Shown here piece after piece: positions 27,266 through 38,572 of a DNA stretch of 64,000 bases (the stretch's first letter is position 1; each line of letters starts with the position of its first letter). The position numbers and the translations under genes are program-made. The notes beneath the pieces are model-generated. The model was given only the letters and a program-made list of their open reading frames with translations, did no database searches and was not told the DNA's origin. The DNA lies in NCBI GenBank assembly GCA_965199855.1, contig OZ241326.1, forward strand, positions 1,216,001-1,280,000, in the 5' to 3' direction. Origin of the DNA: a bacterium (lineage in GTDB: Bacteria; UBA8248).

Positions 27266-27415
27266 AGTAAAACGAAAAATTTTTTGAGGGTTGGATGGCA
27301 TTGAAGAAGAGCTTTCGTGCCCGTGTGTGAGCTGTGTGAGAAGGCGCCGCCATAAGCGAGGCGCCGTTTTTGCTTCTCCTTTATTTTTCTATTCCTACGG
27401 AGGAACGACAAGGAA

Positions 27416-27979
27416 ATGCACCCCCTCATCAAGAACCGCAGAAGCCGGCGCGACTTCAACGGCGAGCCGCCGGAGCCGGAGAAGCTCGAAGCCATGCTCG
27501 AGGCGTTCCGCTGGGCGCCCTCCTCGAACAACCGCCAGCCCTGGCGCGTCATCGTCGTACGCTCGAAGGAGGCGCACGAGAAGTTCGACGCCTGCCTGAA
27601 CGAGGGAAACCGTCAGTGGGCGACCGCCGCCCCGATCAAGATGGTCATCCTCGGAAATCCCGAGGAGCAGCCCGCGCGCTTCGAGCAGGATCGCTGGCTG
27701 CTCGACGTAGGGATGGCGCTCGAAAACCTCCTGCTCCAGGGCAGCGACCTGGGTCTCACCGTGCACGCCATGGCGGGGTGGGACGAGGCGAAGGCGCTCG
27801 AGAATTTCAGCGTCCCCGAGCCGTTTCGCGTCGCGGCGCTCTTCGCCGTGGGCTATCCGGGTAAGACGGAGGATTTGCATCCCGAAGTCCGGGCGAAGGA
27901 GAACAAGCCGCCCGCGCGGAAAGACCCCGCCGAGATTTTCTTCCAGGATTCGTTCGGCCAGGGGGCGAAGCCCGAATAA
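27416..27979 (+). CDS. nitroreductase family protein
   Basis: RRSRRDF, WAPSSNNRQPW, DVGMALENLLL, VGYP. Confidence 0.9.
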   Translation: MHPLIKNRRSRRDFNGEPPEPEKLEAMLEAFRWAPSSNNRQPWRVIVVRSKEAHEKFDACLNEGNRQWATAAPIKMVILGNPEEQPARFEQDRWLLDVGMALENLLLQGSDLGLTVHAMAGWDEAKALENFSVPEPFRVAALFAVGYPGKTEDLHPEVRAKENKPPARKDPAEIFFQDSFGQGAKPE

Positions 27980-28025
27980 GGGCGGCGTTCGCCCGGCTCG
28001 CCCGCGCGAAGCGTAAGGAACTCTC

Positions 28026-28697
28026 TTGTTCTCCTCCGACTTCATCCAGCAGCTGCTGATAGCGATTCCCGCCATTCTGCTCGCGCTCACCTTCCACGAG
28101 GTGGCGCACGGCTGGATGGCCGAGAAGCTGGGCGACGGCACCGCCCGCGCCCTCGGCCGCCTGAACCTCAACCCCTTCGTCCATCTCGATCCGCTCGGAA
28201 CGCTGGCCTTCGTCGTCTCCATGCTGAGCGGCGTGGGCTTCGGCTGGGCGAAGCCGGTGCCGGTGGACCCGGGCAATTTCCGCCGTCCCCGGCGCGCGAT
28301 GATGTGGGTGGCGCTCGCCGGGCCGGCGGCGAACGTCGTCCTCGCCGTCGCCAGCGGCTTCGCCCTTCACGCCATGCGGCGCCTCGGGCTGGAATTCAGC
28401 TGGGCGGGCGAGCCGCTCGCGCTCATGCTGCGGGCGAGCTTCGTCATCAACACCGCGCTGGCGGCGTTCAACCTCATCCCCATCCTGCCCTTCGACGGGG
28501 GGAGAATCCTCATGGGGCTTCTGCCGAGGCGGTGGGCGTGGGGCTACTCCAAGAGCGAGCCGTTCGGCTTCTTCATCGTGCTGGGTCTGCTGATGCTGGG
28601 GCTTCTGCACGAGATCATGATGCCGATTTTCATCGCCCTGGCCGCCGCGGAGCAGGTTTTTGTGGTAAATCTTCTCAGAATCGTCGGGCTGGCCTAG
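28026..28697 (+). CDS. site-2 protease (M50) family
   Basis: [26 protein letters not shown]. Confidence 0.9.
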   Translation: MFSSDFIQQLLIAIPAILLALTFHEVAHGWMAEKLGDGTARALGRLNLNPFVHLDPLGTLAFVVSMLSGVGFGWAKPVPVDPGNFRRPRRAMMWVALAGPAANVVLAVASGFALHAMRRLGLEFSWAGEPLALMLRASFVINTALAAFNLIPILPFDGGRILMGLLPRRWAWGYSKSEPFGFFIVLGLLMLGLLHEIMMPIFIALAAAEQVFVVNLLRIVGLA

Positions 28698-28721
28698 GCG
28701 GCGCTCTTCGTGGGGAGGAAG

Positions 28722-29765
28722 ATGGCGGACAAGCGGAAAAAAGAGGGGCCGACGCGGATTCTCTCGGGCGTCCAGCCCTCGGGACAGCTGCATCTGGGCA
28801 ACTATTTCGGCGCGCTCCGGCAGCACGTCGCCCTTCAGGAAGAAGCCGAGGCCTTCTACTTCATCGCCAACTACCACGCGATGACGACGGTGCGCGACGC
28901 GGAAGCCCTCGCCCGCCGGACGCTGGACGCGGCGATGGACTATCTCGCCCTGGGTCTCGACCCCGAAAAGGCGGTGTTCTTCCGGCAGTCCGACGTGCCG
29001 GAGGTGAACGAGCTCGCCTGGATTCTCGCCACGGTCACGGGCAAGGGGCTGCTGGATCGCGCCACCTCCTTCAAGGACAAGACGGCGCGGGGCGTCACGC
29101 CCTCGATGGGGCTGTATTGCTATCCGATGCTCATGGCGGCCGACATTCTCATCTATCGCTCCACCCTCGTGCCGGTGGGGGAGGATCAGGCGCAGCACGT
29201 CGAGATGACGCGGGACATGGCGCAGGCGTTCAACGCCGCCTACGGGGAGGTTTTCCCCCTTCCCGAGGCGCGGCTCGACGAGGGGGCGAAGGCGCCCGGC
29301 ACGGACGGCAGGAAGATGAGCAAGAGCTACGACAACGCGATCGGGATTTTCGAGGAGGGGGGAAGCCTCAAGAAGCGCGTGATGTCGATCGTCACCGACT
29401 CCACGCCGATCGACGAGCCCAAGGACCCCGACGCCTGCAACGTGTTCGCCCTGTTCAAACTCTTCGCCGACGAGAGCGAGCAGGAGGCGCTGCGGGCGCG
29501 ATACCGCGCGCCCGGGTTCGGCTACGGCCACGCGAAGCGGATGCTGCTGGAGAGGATCGACGCGCGCTTCTCGCCCTACCGGGAGGAGAGGAAGCGCCTG
29601 GAGAAGGACCCCGCCTACGTCGAGAGCGTTCTGGCCGAGGGCGGCGCCAGGGCCAGGGCGGAGGCGCAGGCCACGATGCGCCTGGCGCGGGAGGCGGCGG
29701 GCATTCCCGCCGCGCCCGTTCGGGCGGCCGATTGGACGCGGAGAAGGGATCGGACGGAAAAATGA
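28722..29765 (+). CDS. trpS: tryptophan--tRNA ligase
   Basis: [36 protein letters not shown]. Confidence 0.97.
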   Translation: MADKRKKEGPTRILSGVQPSGQLHLGNYFGALRQHVALQEEAEAFYFIANYHAMTTVRDAEALARRTLDAAMDYLALGLDPEKAVFFRQSDVPEVNELAWILATVTGKGLLDRATSFKDKTARGVTPSMGLYCYPMLMAADILIYRSTLVPVGEDQAQHVEMTRDMAQAFNAAYGEVFPLPEARLDEGAKAPGTDGRKMSKSYDNAIGIFEEGGSLKKRVMSIVTDSTPIDEPKDPDACNVFALFKLFADESEQEALRARYRAPGFGYGHAKRMLLERIDARFSPYREERKRLEKDPAYVESVLAEGGARARAEAQATMRLAREAAGIPAAPVRAADWTRRRDRTEK

Positions 29766-32623
29766 CGACGAACTACAAGGAGCTGCTGAACCTGCCGAAG
29801 ACCTCGTTCCCGATGAAGGGGAACCTCCCGCGGCGCGAGCCCGAGATGCTCGAGGCCTGGGAGAAGCGGGACATCTACGCGCGGATACGCGAGCAGTCTC
29901 GGGGGCGCGAGAAATACGTTCTGCACGACGGCCCCCCCTACGCGAACGGACACATCCACCTGGGGACGGTGCTGAACAAGATTTTGAAGGACATCGTGGT
30001 GAAGTCGAAGCAGATGGCGGGCTTCGACGCCGTCTTCGTGCCCGGCTGGGACTGCCACGGCCTGCCCATCGAGCATCAGGTCGATAAGGAGCTCGGCGCG
30101 AGGCGCTTCGAGGTCGCGCCCGTCGAGAAGCGCAGGCTGTGCCGGGAATACGCCGAGAAGTTCATCGACATCCAGCGCGAGGAGTTCAAGCGGCTGGGCG
30201 TCTTCGGGGACTGGGAGCGGCCCTATCTCACCATGAGCTTCGACTACGAGGCGGCCACCGTGCGCGAGCTGGCGCGCTTCATGGAGCGCGGCGGCGTGTA
30301 TCTGGGCTTGAAGCCCGTGCACTGGGCGCCGGGGCTGAGAACCGCGCTCGCCGAGGCGGAGGTGGAGTATGAGGAAATCACCACCCCGAGCGTCTATGTG
30401 AAGTTTCCCGTCCCGGAAGATCATCTGGCCGGGTGGGCGGAGAAGATTCCCGGGCTCGCCGAAGCCGTCGGAGAGGCGCCGCTGAGCGTCCTCATCTGGA
30501 CGACCACGCCCTGGACGCTGCCCGCCAACCTCGCCCTCGCCTTCGGCGCGTCCCTGGAATACGGCGTGTTTCGCCACGGGGAGGAGTTTCTCGTCTTCCA
30601 CGAGCATTTCCTGCCGCGTCTCGGGCGGCTGGCGGAGAAGGAGGGCGCGGGCGTCCCGTTCGAGAAGGCGGCCGTCTTCCGGGGGGCGCAGGTCGAGGGG
30701 CTGCGCGCGCGGCATCCCTGGATAGCGCGGGACTCCCTGGCCGTGCTGGCCGACTACGTGACCCTGGAGCAGGGAACGGGCGTAGTCCACACCGCCCCCG
30801 GCCACGGGCGCGAGGACTACGAGACCGGCCTGGAATACGGCCTTGACGTGTATAGCCCGGTGGACGACGACGGGAAATTCGCGCCGGAGGTCGAGCATTT
30901 CGCCGGCCAGTTCGTCTTCGACGCGGACCCGAACATCATCGCGCATCTGCGGGAGGCGGGCCGCCTCTTCGCCGTGGAGGACTACGCCCACCCCTATCCG
31001 CACGACTGGCGCAGCCACAGGCCGACCATCTTCCGCGCGACGCCCCAGTGGTTCATCTCGATGGAGCGCGGCGGCCTGCGCGAGCGTGCCCTGGCGGAGA
31101 TTCGCAAGGTGGCGTGGATTCCCCCCTGGGGCGAGGAGCGCATCTACGGCATGGTGGAGAACAGGCCGGACTGGTGCATCTCGCGCCAGCGCGCGTGGGG
31201 GGTGCCCATCGCCGCCTTCCACTGCGAGGGCGAGGGCTGCGCCCGCCCCGTCGTGGACGCCGAAATCGCCCGCCGGGTGGCCGACCTGATGGAGGAGGGC
31301 GGCGCGGACGTGTGGTTCGAGCGGGAGGCCGCCGCGCTTCTGCCCCCCGGCTACAGGTGCCCCGAATGCGGGGGGGCGTCCTTCCGAAAAGAGACCGACA
31401 TCCTCGACGTGTGGTTCGACTCGGGCGTGAGTCAGGCGGCCGTCCTGGAGAGGCGCGAGGAGCTCGCCTGGCCCGCCGACATGTATCTCGAGGGCAGCGA
31501 TCAGCACCGGGGCTGGTTCCACAGCTCCCTGCTCGCCGCCGTGGGCGCGCGCGGCGCGGCGCCCTACCGAGAGGTGCTCACCCACGGCTACGTGGTGGAC
31601 GGCCGGGGCAAGAAGATGAGCAAGTCGCTCGGCAACACCATCGCGCCCGAGGAGATCATCAAGAAATACGGGGCGGAGATTCTCAGGCTCTGGGTGGCGG
31701 GGGAGAACTACAGGGAGGACATCCGCATCTCCCCGCAGATTCTGGATCGCATGGCCGAGGCGTATCGCCGCATCCGCAACACCTGCCGCTTCCTGCTCGG
31801 CAACCTGCGCGACTATGAGGATTTCGACCCCCGCAGGGACGCGGTTCCCCCGCCCGATCGCATGGAGATCGACCGCCTGATCATGAGCCGCCTGGACAGG
31901 CTCGTCGGGCGCGCGCGCGAGGCGTACGCCGCCTACGAGTTCCACGCGGTCTATCACGCGCTCAACAACTTCTGCGCGGTCGATCTCTCCTCGTTCTATC
32001 TGGACGTGCTCAAGGACAGGCTCTACATCTCGCTGCCCGACGACGCGGAGCGGATGTCCGGCCTGAGCGCGATGCACGACGTTCTGGACGCGTTGCTGCG
32101 GATGATGGCGCCGCTTCTGCCCTTCACGGCGGAGGAAGCCTACCGCCTCACGCCTAAGCTCCACGGCGAGAGCGTTCACCTGGCCTCTTTGCCCGAGAGC
32201 GACCCCGCGCGGCGCGACGACGCCCTGGAGGAGAAGTGGGAGCCGCTCATGCGCGCGCGGGGCGAGGTGCTCAAGGCGCTCGAGCTCGTCCGCCGAAGCC
32301 GGGAGAAGGGCAAGGGCGGCTCGCTCAACTTCAGCGTCAGGCTGTTCGCCGACGGGGAGGCGCGCGAGAGGCTGGCGCCGCTCGAGCCGCAGATGGAGGA
32401 CGTGTTCATCGTCTCGGGCGCGGCGCTCGCCGCGGCGGGCGAGACGCCCCCGGCGAAGGCCTATCGCAGCGAGGAGGTGGAGGGGCTGGCCGTCGAGGTG
32501 CGCGAGGCGCGGGGGGCGAAGTGCGCCATGTCCTGGAAAATCTCCGAGGACGTGGGCGCCGACCCGCGCTTTCCCGATCTTTCGGCGCGCTGCGCGCGCA
32601 TCGCCGCGAAGACGCTTTCGTGA
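29762..32623 (+). CDS. ileS: isoleucine--tRNA ligase
   Basis: [48 protein letters not shown]. Confidence 0.97.
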   Translation: MTTNYKELLNLPKTSFPMKGNLPRREPEMLEAWEKRDIYARIREQSRGREKYVLHDGPPYANGHIHLGTVLNKILKDIVVKSKQMAGFDAVFVPGWDCHGLPIEHQVDKELGARRFEVAPVEKRRLCREYAEKFIDIQREEFKRLGVFGDWERPYLTMSFDYEAATVRELARFMERGGVYLGLKPVHWAPGLRTALAEAEVEYEEITTPSVYVKFPVPEDHLAGWAEKIPGLAEAVGEAPLSVLIWTTTPWTLPANLALAFGASLEYGVFRHGEEFLVFHEHFLPRLGRLAEKEGAGVPFEKAAVFRGAQVEGLRARHPWIARDSLAVLADYVTLEQGTGVVHTAPGHGREDYETGLEYGLDVYSPVDDDGKFAPEVEHFAGQFVFDADPNIIAHLREAGRLFAVEDYAHPYPHDWRSHRPTIFRATPQWFISMERGGLRERALAEIRKVAWIPPWGEERIYGMVENRPDWCISRQRAWGVPIAAFHCEGEGCARPVVDAEIARRVADLMEEGGADVWFEREAAALLPPGYRCPECGGASFRKETDILDVWFDSGVSQAAVLERREELAWPADMYLEGSDQHRGWFHSSLLAAVGARGAAPYREVLTHGYVVDGRGKKMSKSLGNTIAPEEIIKKYGAEILRLWVAGENYREDIRISPQILDRMAEAYRRIRNTCRFLLGNLRDYEDFDPRRDAVPPPDRMEIDRLIMSRLDRLVGRAREAYAAYEFHAVYHALNNFCAVDLSSFYLDVLKDRLYISLPDDAERMSGLSAMHDVLDALLRMMAPLLPFTAEEAYRLTPKLHGESVHLASLPESDPARRDDALEEKWEPLMRARGEVLKALELVRRSREKGKGGSLNFSVRLFADGEARERLAPLEPQMEDVFIVSGAALAAAGETPPAKAYRSEEVEGLAVEVREARGAKCAMSWKISEDVGADPRFPDLSARCARIAAKTLS

Positions 32624-33129
32624 GCGGGCGGCCGAGGCTCAAGCCGCTTTTTCTGTTCGCCGCCGCTTTCGCCCTGGCCGATCAGGCGCTCAAGCGGATG
32701 GTGGACGCCGCCTTCGCCCTGGGCGAGTCGCGCGCCGTCGTTCCCGGATTCTTCAGCCTCGCGCATCTGCGGAACCCGGGCGGCGCGTTCAGCGTTCTGA
32801 ACGATCTGCCGCCCCCGTGGGGCCGCCTGTTCTTCATCTGCGCCACCCTGGCGGCGCTGGGCTTCGTCCTGCATCTCTACCGGAGCCGCCGGCCGGGAGG
32901 CCCGTGGGGGCGGGCGGGGCTTTTTCTCGTCTTCGGCGGCGGCCTGGGCAACCTGATCGACCGCGTAGCCCACGGCGAGGTGATCGACTATCTCCTGTTC
33001 TATTACGGGGCGTATCACTGGCCCGCGTTCAACCTGGCGGATTCGGGCATCACGGTCGGGGTCTGCCTCCTGGCGGTCGATCTGCTCCGCAATCCGGCGG
33101 AATCCCCGGCGCGCGGAACGGAGGGATGA
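32620..33129 (+). CDS. lspA: signal peptidase II
   Basis: [30 protein letters not shown]; follows ileS. Confidence 0.95.
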   Translation: MSGRPRLKPLFLFAAAFALADQALKRMVDAAFALGESRAVVPGFFSLAHLRNPGGAFSVLNDLPPPWGRLFFICATLAALGFVLHLYRSRRPGGPWGRAGLFLVFGGGLGNLIDRVAHGEVIDYLLFYYGAYHWPAFNLADSGITVGVCLLAVDLLRNPAESPARGTEG

Positions 33130-33176
33130 GGGGCGGGGCGGTGATTTTCGCGCGCGCCCGCGCGGAGGATTGAGAG

Positions 33177-33716
33177 ATGCCGGCCCCCTTCTCCTTCTCC
33201 GGCGCCCGAGCGGGGCGCGACGGCCCCTCGATAGGCTCGGCGACCCGGGCGCGAGGCTACGCGCGCCATTACCTGTGGAACACGTGCGCCTTCTGGGGGG
33301 CGGCTTCTCTGGCGTGCGCCTCGGGCCTGGGGTTCCTCATCGCCGCCCGCCCGCTCGAAGAAGATACGCTCTTCTACGCCGCCTCCGCTCTGGGCGCCGT
33401 TTTCGTCTATGCGTTCTGGCGAGCCTCCCGCGCGCTCGCGGACCTTGGCGGCAAGCCCGCGCGCTTCGAGGGCCGGGTGGCGTCGAAGTCCGCCTCCGTC
33501 TTCTGGAACAAGCTGGCGTTTCTGGAGGAGAAATACTACGTCGAAATCGCGCGCGGGGCGGGGATGCGCCCGCTCACGCTCGGCGGCGAGCGCGTCGTCG
33601 GGGAGGGGTGGTTCCTCTCCGCGCGGGGCTACCACGACCTGCTGGCGCCGGGAGATCAGGTGCGGGGGACGCTCTACCCCCGAACGCGCCTCATCGACGC
33701 CCTCGTCAAGGTGTGA
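33177..33716 (+). CDS. hypothetical membrane protein
   Basis: two hydrophobic segments then beta-rich soluble part; operonic position. Confidence 0.55.
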   Translation: MPAPFSFSGARAGRDGPSIGSATRARGYARHYLWNTCAFWGAASLACASGLGFLIAARPLEEDTLFYAASALGAVFVYAFWRASRALADLGGKPARFEGRVASKSASVFWNKLAFLEEKYYVEIARGAGMRPLTLGGERVVGEGWFLSARGYHDLLAPGDQVRGTLYPRTRLIDALVKV

Positions 33717-33719
33717 GCG

Positions 33720-34670
33720 ATGGAGGAGCGGGGAGAGGAGCGCCGCGCGCTGACCTGCCGTGACGGGGCGAAGCGCATGGATTCGTTTCTGGCCGGAGAG
33801 CTGGAGAGCCTCTCGCGCTCCCGCGCGCAGGCGCTCATCCGCGAGGGCATGGTTTGCGTCGATGGACGGGTCGAGCGCAGGGCGGCGCGCGGCCTGGAGC
33901 GCGGCGCGCGCCTCGAGGTGCGGCTGCCGCGGCCCGCCCCCTCCCGGGTCGAGGCCGAGGACGTCCCGCTCGACGTCCGCTATGAGGACGCGCACCTGCT
34001 CGTCGTCAACAAGCCGCCCGGCATGGTGGTGCACCCGGGCGCGGGCCGGCGCGGGGGCACCCTGGCCGCCGCTCTTCTGAGCCATTGCAGGGGGCAGCTT
34101 TCGGGCATCGGCGGGGTCGAGCGGCCGGGCATCGTCCACCGCCTCGACAAGGACACCTCGGGCCTGCTGATCGCCGCGAAGACGGACGCGGCCCATCAAA
34201 GGCTCTCCGCCGACCTCAAGGCGCGCCGGGTGCGGCGGCGCTATCTGGCCGTCGTCCGGGGCGCGCCCGCGCGGCGCGAGGGGACGATAGACGCCCCCAT
34301 CGGCCGGCATCCCGCGCGCAGGACGGCCATGGCGGTCGTGGGCGGCGGCCGCCGCGCGGTGACGCATTACGCGGTGCGCGAGGCGCTCGAGGGAGCCTCC
34401 CTCCTCGAGGTGCGGCTGGAGACGGGCAGGACGCACCAGATCAGGGTGCATCTGAGCTACATCGGGCATCCCGTCGTGGGCGATTCGGCCTACGGCGCGC
34501 GCCGCCCGTCCAGGGGGGTGAGCGCGCCGGAAGGGGCGGACCTCATCGGCAGGCAGGCGCTCCACGCGCGCGAGCTGCGCTTTCGCCACCCCGTCGATGG
34601 CGGGGAGCGGGGGCTGAGAGCCGAGCCGCCCGCCGATTTCCTGAATCTGCTGGAGCGGCTGCGCGGATGA
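33720..34670 (+). CDS. rluD: RluA-family pseudouridine synthase
   Basis: S4 domain, NKPPGMVVHP, HRLDKDTSG, TGRTHQIRVH, QALHA. Confidence 0.9.
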   Translation: MEERGEERRALTCRDGAKRMDSFLAGELESLSRSRAQALIREGMVCVDGRVERRAARGLERGARLEVRLPRPAPSRVEAEDVPLDVRYEDAHLLVVNKPPGMVVHPGAGRRGGTLAAALLSHCRGQLSGIGGVERPGIVHRLDKDTSGLLIAAKTDAAHQRLSADLKARRVRRRYLAVVRGAPARREGTIDAPIGRHPARRTAMAVVGGGRRAVTHYAVREALEGASLLEVRLETGRTHQIRVHLSYIGHPVVGDSAYGARRPSRGVSAPEGADLIGRQALHARELRFRHPVDGGERGLRAEPPADFLNLLERLRG

Positions 34671-35252
34671 GCCCCGCTTTCCGCGCTGAAATTGCCCCGT
34701 CAAAATGCTCCACGCGGAACATCGCCGCGCATTTGCCCGCAACTGCCCGCATTTGCGAGGCGGAGGCGGCGCCGGGGTCGGGTTATATTCCCGGTGCGGC
34801 GGAAGTGCGCCTCCGGGGGGAGGGAAAGCGGGCGAATCGGGGAGCGGGCGGGATGGTCAAAGGGGTCTCTAAGGGGTGGAAAAAGGCCGGAAAACAGCTG
34901 CGTATTTGTCTATATTGGCCTTGAATTTGTCTGTTTTTGTCGAAATTCGCGGGAATTCATCGGAGCGGGCGGGCGGGGCTTCCGAATCCCTGAAGGCGCG
35001 CCCTCATCCCGTGAATTCCCGGGCGGGGCCGGAGGGCGAGAAACGCCTCCGGAATATGGAGCGGCTCGGCGAAGCCCGCAGGGGGCGGCCCCTCCTCGGC
35101 GGACGTTGCGCCTTGCCCGGCGCCTTCTGGATGTGTCATAAGAATGAAAACAGAGATTCCGGGAGCGCCGCGCGCAGGCTTCTCCACCTCCTCTTGCCGG
35201 GGTTCAACGGCGAGGCGGAATCCATCTTTTCTGAGCGGGAGAGAGGGCTGAT

Positions 35253-36437
35253 ATGAAGGACGTAGCCATTCTCAGCAGCGTTCGCTCCCCGGGCGGGGCC
35301 TTCGGGGGCGCGCTCAGGAGCCTGACCGCCCCGGAGCTGGGCGTTCGCGTCGCGCGCGAGGCCATCCGGCGATCAGGCGTCGCGCCGGAGCATTTCGACG
35401 AGACCGTCATCGGGCACGGCTGGCAGGCGGGCGCGGGGCCCAACTCGGCGCGGCTCATCTCGGTGGGGGCGGGCCTTCCCGAGGAGACGCCCGCCTACAC
35501 GATCAACAAGCGCTGCGGCTCGAGCATCAAGGCCGCCGCCCTGGCCGCCCAGGCGATTCGCGCGGGCGACGCCGGGGTCGTCCTGGCCGGAGGCGTCGAG
35601 AGCACGACGAACGTCCCCTTCGTGAACCCGGGCGCGCGATGGGGCAGCCGGTTCGGGCACGCGCGGCTGCTCGACCTGATCTACAAGGACGGCTATGAGG
35701 ATCCCCTCTCGGGGCAGCTCATGGGCGCGACCGCCGAGAATCTGGTCGAGCGATACAACCTGAGCCGGGAGGAGCAGGACGAATACGCCCTCGAAAGCCA
35801 GGAGAAGGCCGTGGCGGCGGCGGAGGGAGGCGGGTTCGACGAGGAGATCGTCCCCATCGAAATCAAGGGGCGCAAGGGGGAGTCCTCCTGGTTCGACAAG
35901 GACGAGACGCCGCGCGCCGGCATGTCCATGGAGAAGCTCGGCAGGCTGAAGCCGGTGTTCGACGAGAACGGCTCCGTGACCCCCGGAAACTCCTGCTGCC
36001 AGGCGGACGCGGCCTCGGCGCTCGTGCTGGCGTCGAGGGAGAAGGCGGAGGAGCTGGGCGCGAAGCCCCTCGCCTTCCTGCGCGGCTGCGCCTCCACGGG
36101 CGTGGAGCCGCGCTTCATGGGGCTCGGACCGGTCACCGCCATCCCCGGGGCGCTCGACCGCGCGGGGCTCAAGCTCGCCGACATGGACCTCATCGAGGTG
36201 AACGAGGCGTTCGCCGCCCAGGTCATCGCCTGCGAGCGCGAACTCCGATGGGACAGGAAGAAGCTGAACGCGCACGGCGGCGCCATCGCGCTCGGCCATC
36301 CGGTGGGGGCGACGGGCGGCAAGCTCATCGCCACCTGCCTGAGCGCGCTCTCGCGGAGGGGCGAGCGGTTCGGCGTCGTGAGCGCCTGCGTCGGCGGCGG
36401 CCAGGGGGTGGCCGTCGTCCTGGAGCGCGTCGCCTAG
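35253..36437 (+). CDS. acetyl-CoA C-acyltransferase (thiolase)
   Basis: NKRCGSS, NEAFA, GHPVGATG, ACVGGGQG. Confidence 0.93.
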   Translation: MKDVAILSSVRSPGGAFGGALRSLTAPELGVRVAREAIRRSGVAPEHFDETVIGHGWQAGAGPNSARLISVGAGLPEETPAYTINKRCGSSIKAAALAAQAIRAGDAGVVLAGGVESTTNVPFVNPGARWGSRFGHARLLDLIYKDGYEDPLSGQLMGATAENLVERYNLSREEQDEYALESQEKAVAAAEGGGFDEEIVPIEIKGRKGESSWFDKDETPRAGMSMEKLGRLKPVFDENGSVTPGNSCCQADAASALVLASREKAEELGAKPLAFLRGCASTGVEPRFMGLGPVTAIPGALDRAGLKLADMDLIEVNEAFAAQVIACERELRWDRKKLNAHGGAIALGHPVGATGGKLIATCLSALSRRGERFGVVSACVGGGQGVAVVLERVA

Positions 36438-36476
36438 GCGCGGCGGCCCCGGCGTTCGGCGGCGCGAGAGGACGAA

Positions 36477-37337
36477 ATGAAGATTGAAAGGGCGATGGTG
36501 GTGGGCGCGGGCGCCATGGGCGCGGGAATCGCCCAGGCGTTCGCGCAAAGCGGCATTCCGGTAACGCTCGCCGACCTGGACGAGGAGACGGCCGCGAAGG
36601 CGATCGCGGGCCTCGAGGCGCGCGCGGCCCGCCGCGTCGATCAGGGCAAGATCAGCGCGGAGGAGAAGGAGGCCGTCTTCTCGCGCATCGCGCCGGGGGC
36701 GGGCTATGCGGGAGCGGCGGAGGCGGACTTCGTGATCGAGGCGGTCTTCGAGGACATGGCCGTCAAGAAAGAGGCGCTGGCGCGTCTGGACGAGGCGGCG
36801 CCCGAGGGGGCGATTTTCGCGTCGAACACGACCTCGCTCTCCATCACCGAGATGGCGGCGGCCACCGCGAGGCCGGAGAAGGTGGTGGGCGTCCACTTCT
36901 TCAACCCGCCCCTGGTGATGAAGCTCGTGGAGATCATGCCGGGCCTCCAAACCTCCCCCGGGACGCTGGCGGCGGCGCGCGCCCTCGCCGAGCGGCTCGG
37001 CAAGACGCCCGTCGTGGCGAATTTCGACAGCCCGGCGGGCATCGGCAGCCGCGTGCTGGCGGGGATGCTCAACGAGGCGGTGGAAGTGTATGCGGGCGGC
37101 CTGGCGTCGGCCGAGGACATCGACCGGGCGATGAAGATGGGCGCGGGCCTGCCCATGGGCCCGCTCGCGCTCATCGACCTGATCGGCGTGGACGTCCACC
37201 TCGCCAAGACGGAGACGCTCTACCGGGAACTCGGAGACGCGCGCTACCGGCCCAATTTCCTGCTGCGCAAGATGGCGCGGGCGGGGCGTCTGGGCAGGAA
37301 GACGGGCCGCGGCTTCTTCGCCTACGACGAAGACTGA
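36477..37337 (+). CDS. 3-hydroxyacyl(butyryl)-CoA dehydrogenase
   Basis: GAGAMGAGIA, EAVFE, SNTTS, HFFNP, PMGP. Confidence 0.93.
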   Translation: MKIERAMVVGAGAMGAGIAQAFAQSGIPVTLADLDEETAAKAIAGLEARAARRVDQGKISAEEKEAVFSRIAPGAGYAGAAEADFVIEAVFEDMAVKKEALARLDEAAPEGAIFASNTTSLSITEMAAATARPEKVVGVHFFNPPLVMKLVEIMPGLQTSPGTLAAARALAERLGKTPVVANFDSPAGIGSRVLAGMLNEAVEVYAGGLASAEDIDRAMKMGAGLPMGPLALIDLIGVDVHLAKTETLYRELGDARYRPNFLLRKMARAGRLGRKTGRGFFAYDED

Positions 37338-37352
37338 CCCCCCGGAAGAAAA

Positions 37353-38504
37353 ATGGACTTCGAGCTCAGCGAGACCCAGCGGCTCATCAGGGAGACGGCG
37401 GCGGACTTCGCCCGGACGCGCATCGCCCCCGTCGCGCGCGAGAACGACGCCGAGGAGCGCTTCCCCGCGGACGTCGTGCGGGAGATGGGGACGCTTGGAA
37501 TGTTCGGCGGGCCCGTTCCCGAGGAATACGGCGGGGCGGGGCTGGACTACGTCTCCTACGCCATTCTGAACGAGGAGATCAGCAAGGCGTGCAGCTCGGT
37601 GCGCACCGTCCTCTCGGTGCAGCTCTCCCTCGTCGCGACCACCATCCTGAAATGGGGGAGCGAGGCGCAGAAGAGAAAGTATCTGCCCAGGCTCTGCTCG
37701 GCGGAGTGGCTCGGCTGCTTCGGCCTCACCGAGCCGGACGCGGGCTCGGACGCGCAGAGCCTCAAGACCTTCGCGGAGAAGACGGCGGACGGCTGGAGGC
37801 TGAACGGGCAGAAGATATGGATCAGCAACGGCGGGGTGGCGCGGCTCGCGCTCGTCGTCGCGCAGACGGATCGGGAAAATCCCCGGAAGATGGCGGCGTT
37901 TCTGGTGGAAACCGACAGCGTGGGCTTCGAGGCGAAGTCGATGCGCGGGAAGCTCGGGCTTCGCAGCTCGAACACGGCGGAGCTTTTCCTGGCGAACGTG
38001 GAGGTTCCCGACGAGGCGCTGCTGGGCCGGGTGGGCGACGGCTTCAAGGTGGCGATGAGCGCGCTGGACAACGGGCGCTATTCGGTGGGCGCGGGCTGTC
38101 TGGGAATCGCGCAGGGCTCGCTCGAGGCCTCCGTCGCCTACGCGAAGGAGCGCCGCGCGTTCGGCAAGCCCATCGCGGCGCATCAGCTCGTGCAGGACAT
38201 GATCGCCCGCATGGTGGTGGACGTCGAGGCGAGCAGGCTTCTGCTCTACCGGGCGGGGGAGCTCAAGAACGCGGGGCGGCCGAACGCGCGCGAGACCAGC
38301 ATCGCCAAGTACTACTGCAGCGAGGCGGCGCTGCGCTGCGCGAACGACGCCATCCAGATTCACGGGGGCATGGGCTACAGCAGCGAGTATCCCGCCGAGC
38401 GCTACATGCGCGACGCCCGCGTGGCGACCATCTACGAGGGAACCAGCCAGATTCAGAAGCTCATCATCGCCGGCCACGAAACCGGAATCCGCGCGTTTTC
38501 CTAG
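37353..38504 (+). CDS. acyl-CoA dehydrogenase
   Basis: LTEPDAGSD, KIWISN, KLGLR, QIHGGMGY, IYEGTSQIQ. Confidence 0.95.
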   Translation: MDFELSETQRLIRETAADFARTRIAPVARENDAEERFPADVVREMGTLGMFGGPVPEEYGGAGLDYVSYAILNEEISKACSSVRTVLSVQLSLVATTILKWGSEAQKRKYLPRLCSAEWLGCFGLTEPDAGSDAQSLKTFAEKTADGWRLNGQKIWISNGGVARLALVVAQTDRENPRKMAAFLVETDSVGFEAKSMRGKLGLRSSNTAELFLANVEVPDEALLGRVGDGFKVAMSALDNGRYSVGAGCLGIAQGSLEASVAYAKERRAFGKPIAAHQLVQDMIARMVVDVEASRLLLYRAGELKNAGRPNARETSIAKYYCSEAALRCANDAIQIHGGMGYSSEYPAERYMRDARVATIYEGTSQIQKLIIAGHETGIRAFS

Positions 38505-38572
38505 GGGCGGACGCCGCCGGCTCGCTGGTTTTTCCATGTTGTGCTTGGTGAAGCTGAAAATCCATTATATCA

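Noticed and set aside
32515-32600. Degenerate C-terminal Zn finger of IleRS (CAMS..SARC)
   Set aside because: Loss of these cysteines is a known variation in type-1 IleRS.
35373-38537. Very long antisense ORFs (e.g. 35373-38537, 55217-58981, 16853-19528, 29615-32179)
   Set aside because: Shadow frames opposite well-supported genes in a high-GC genome.
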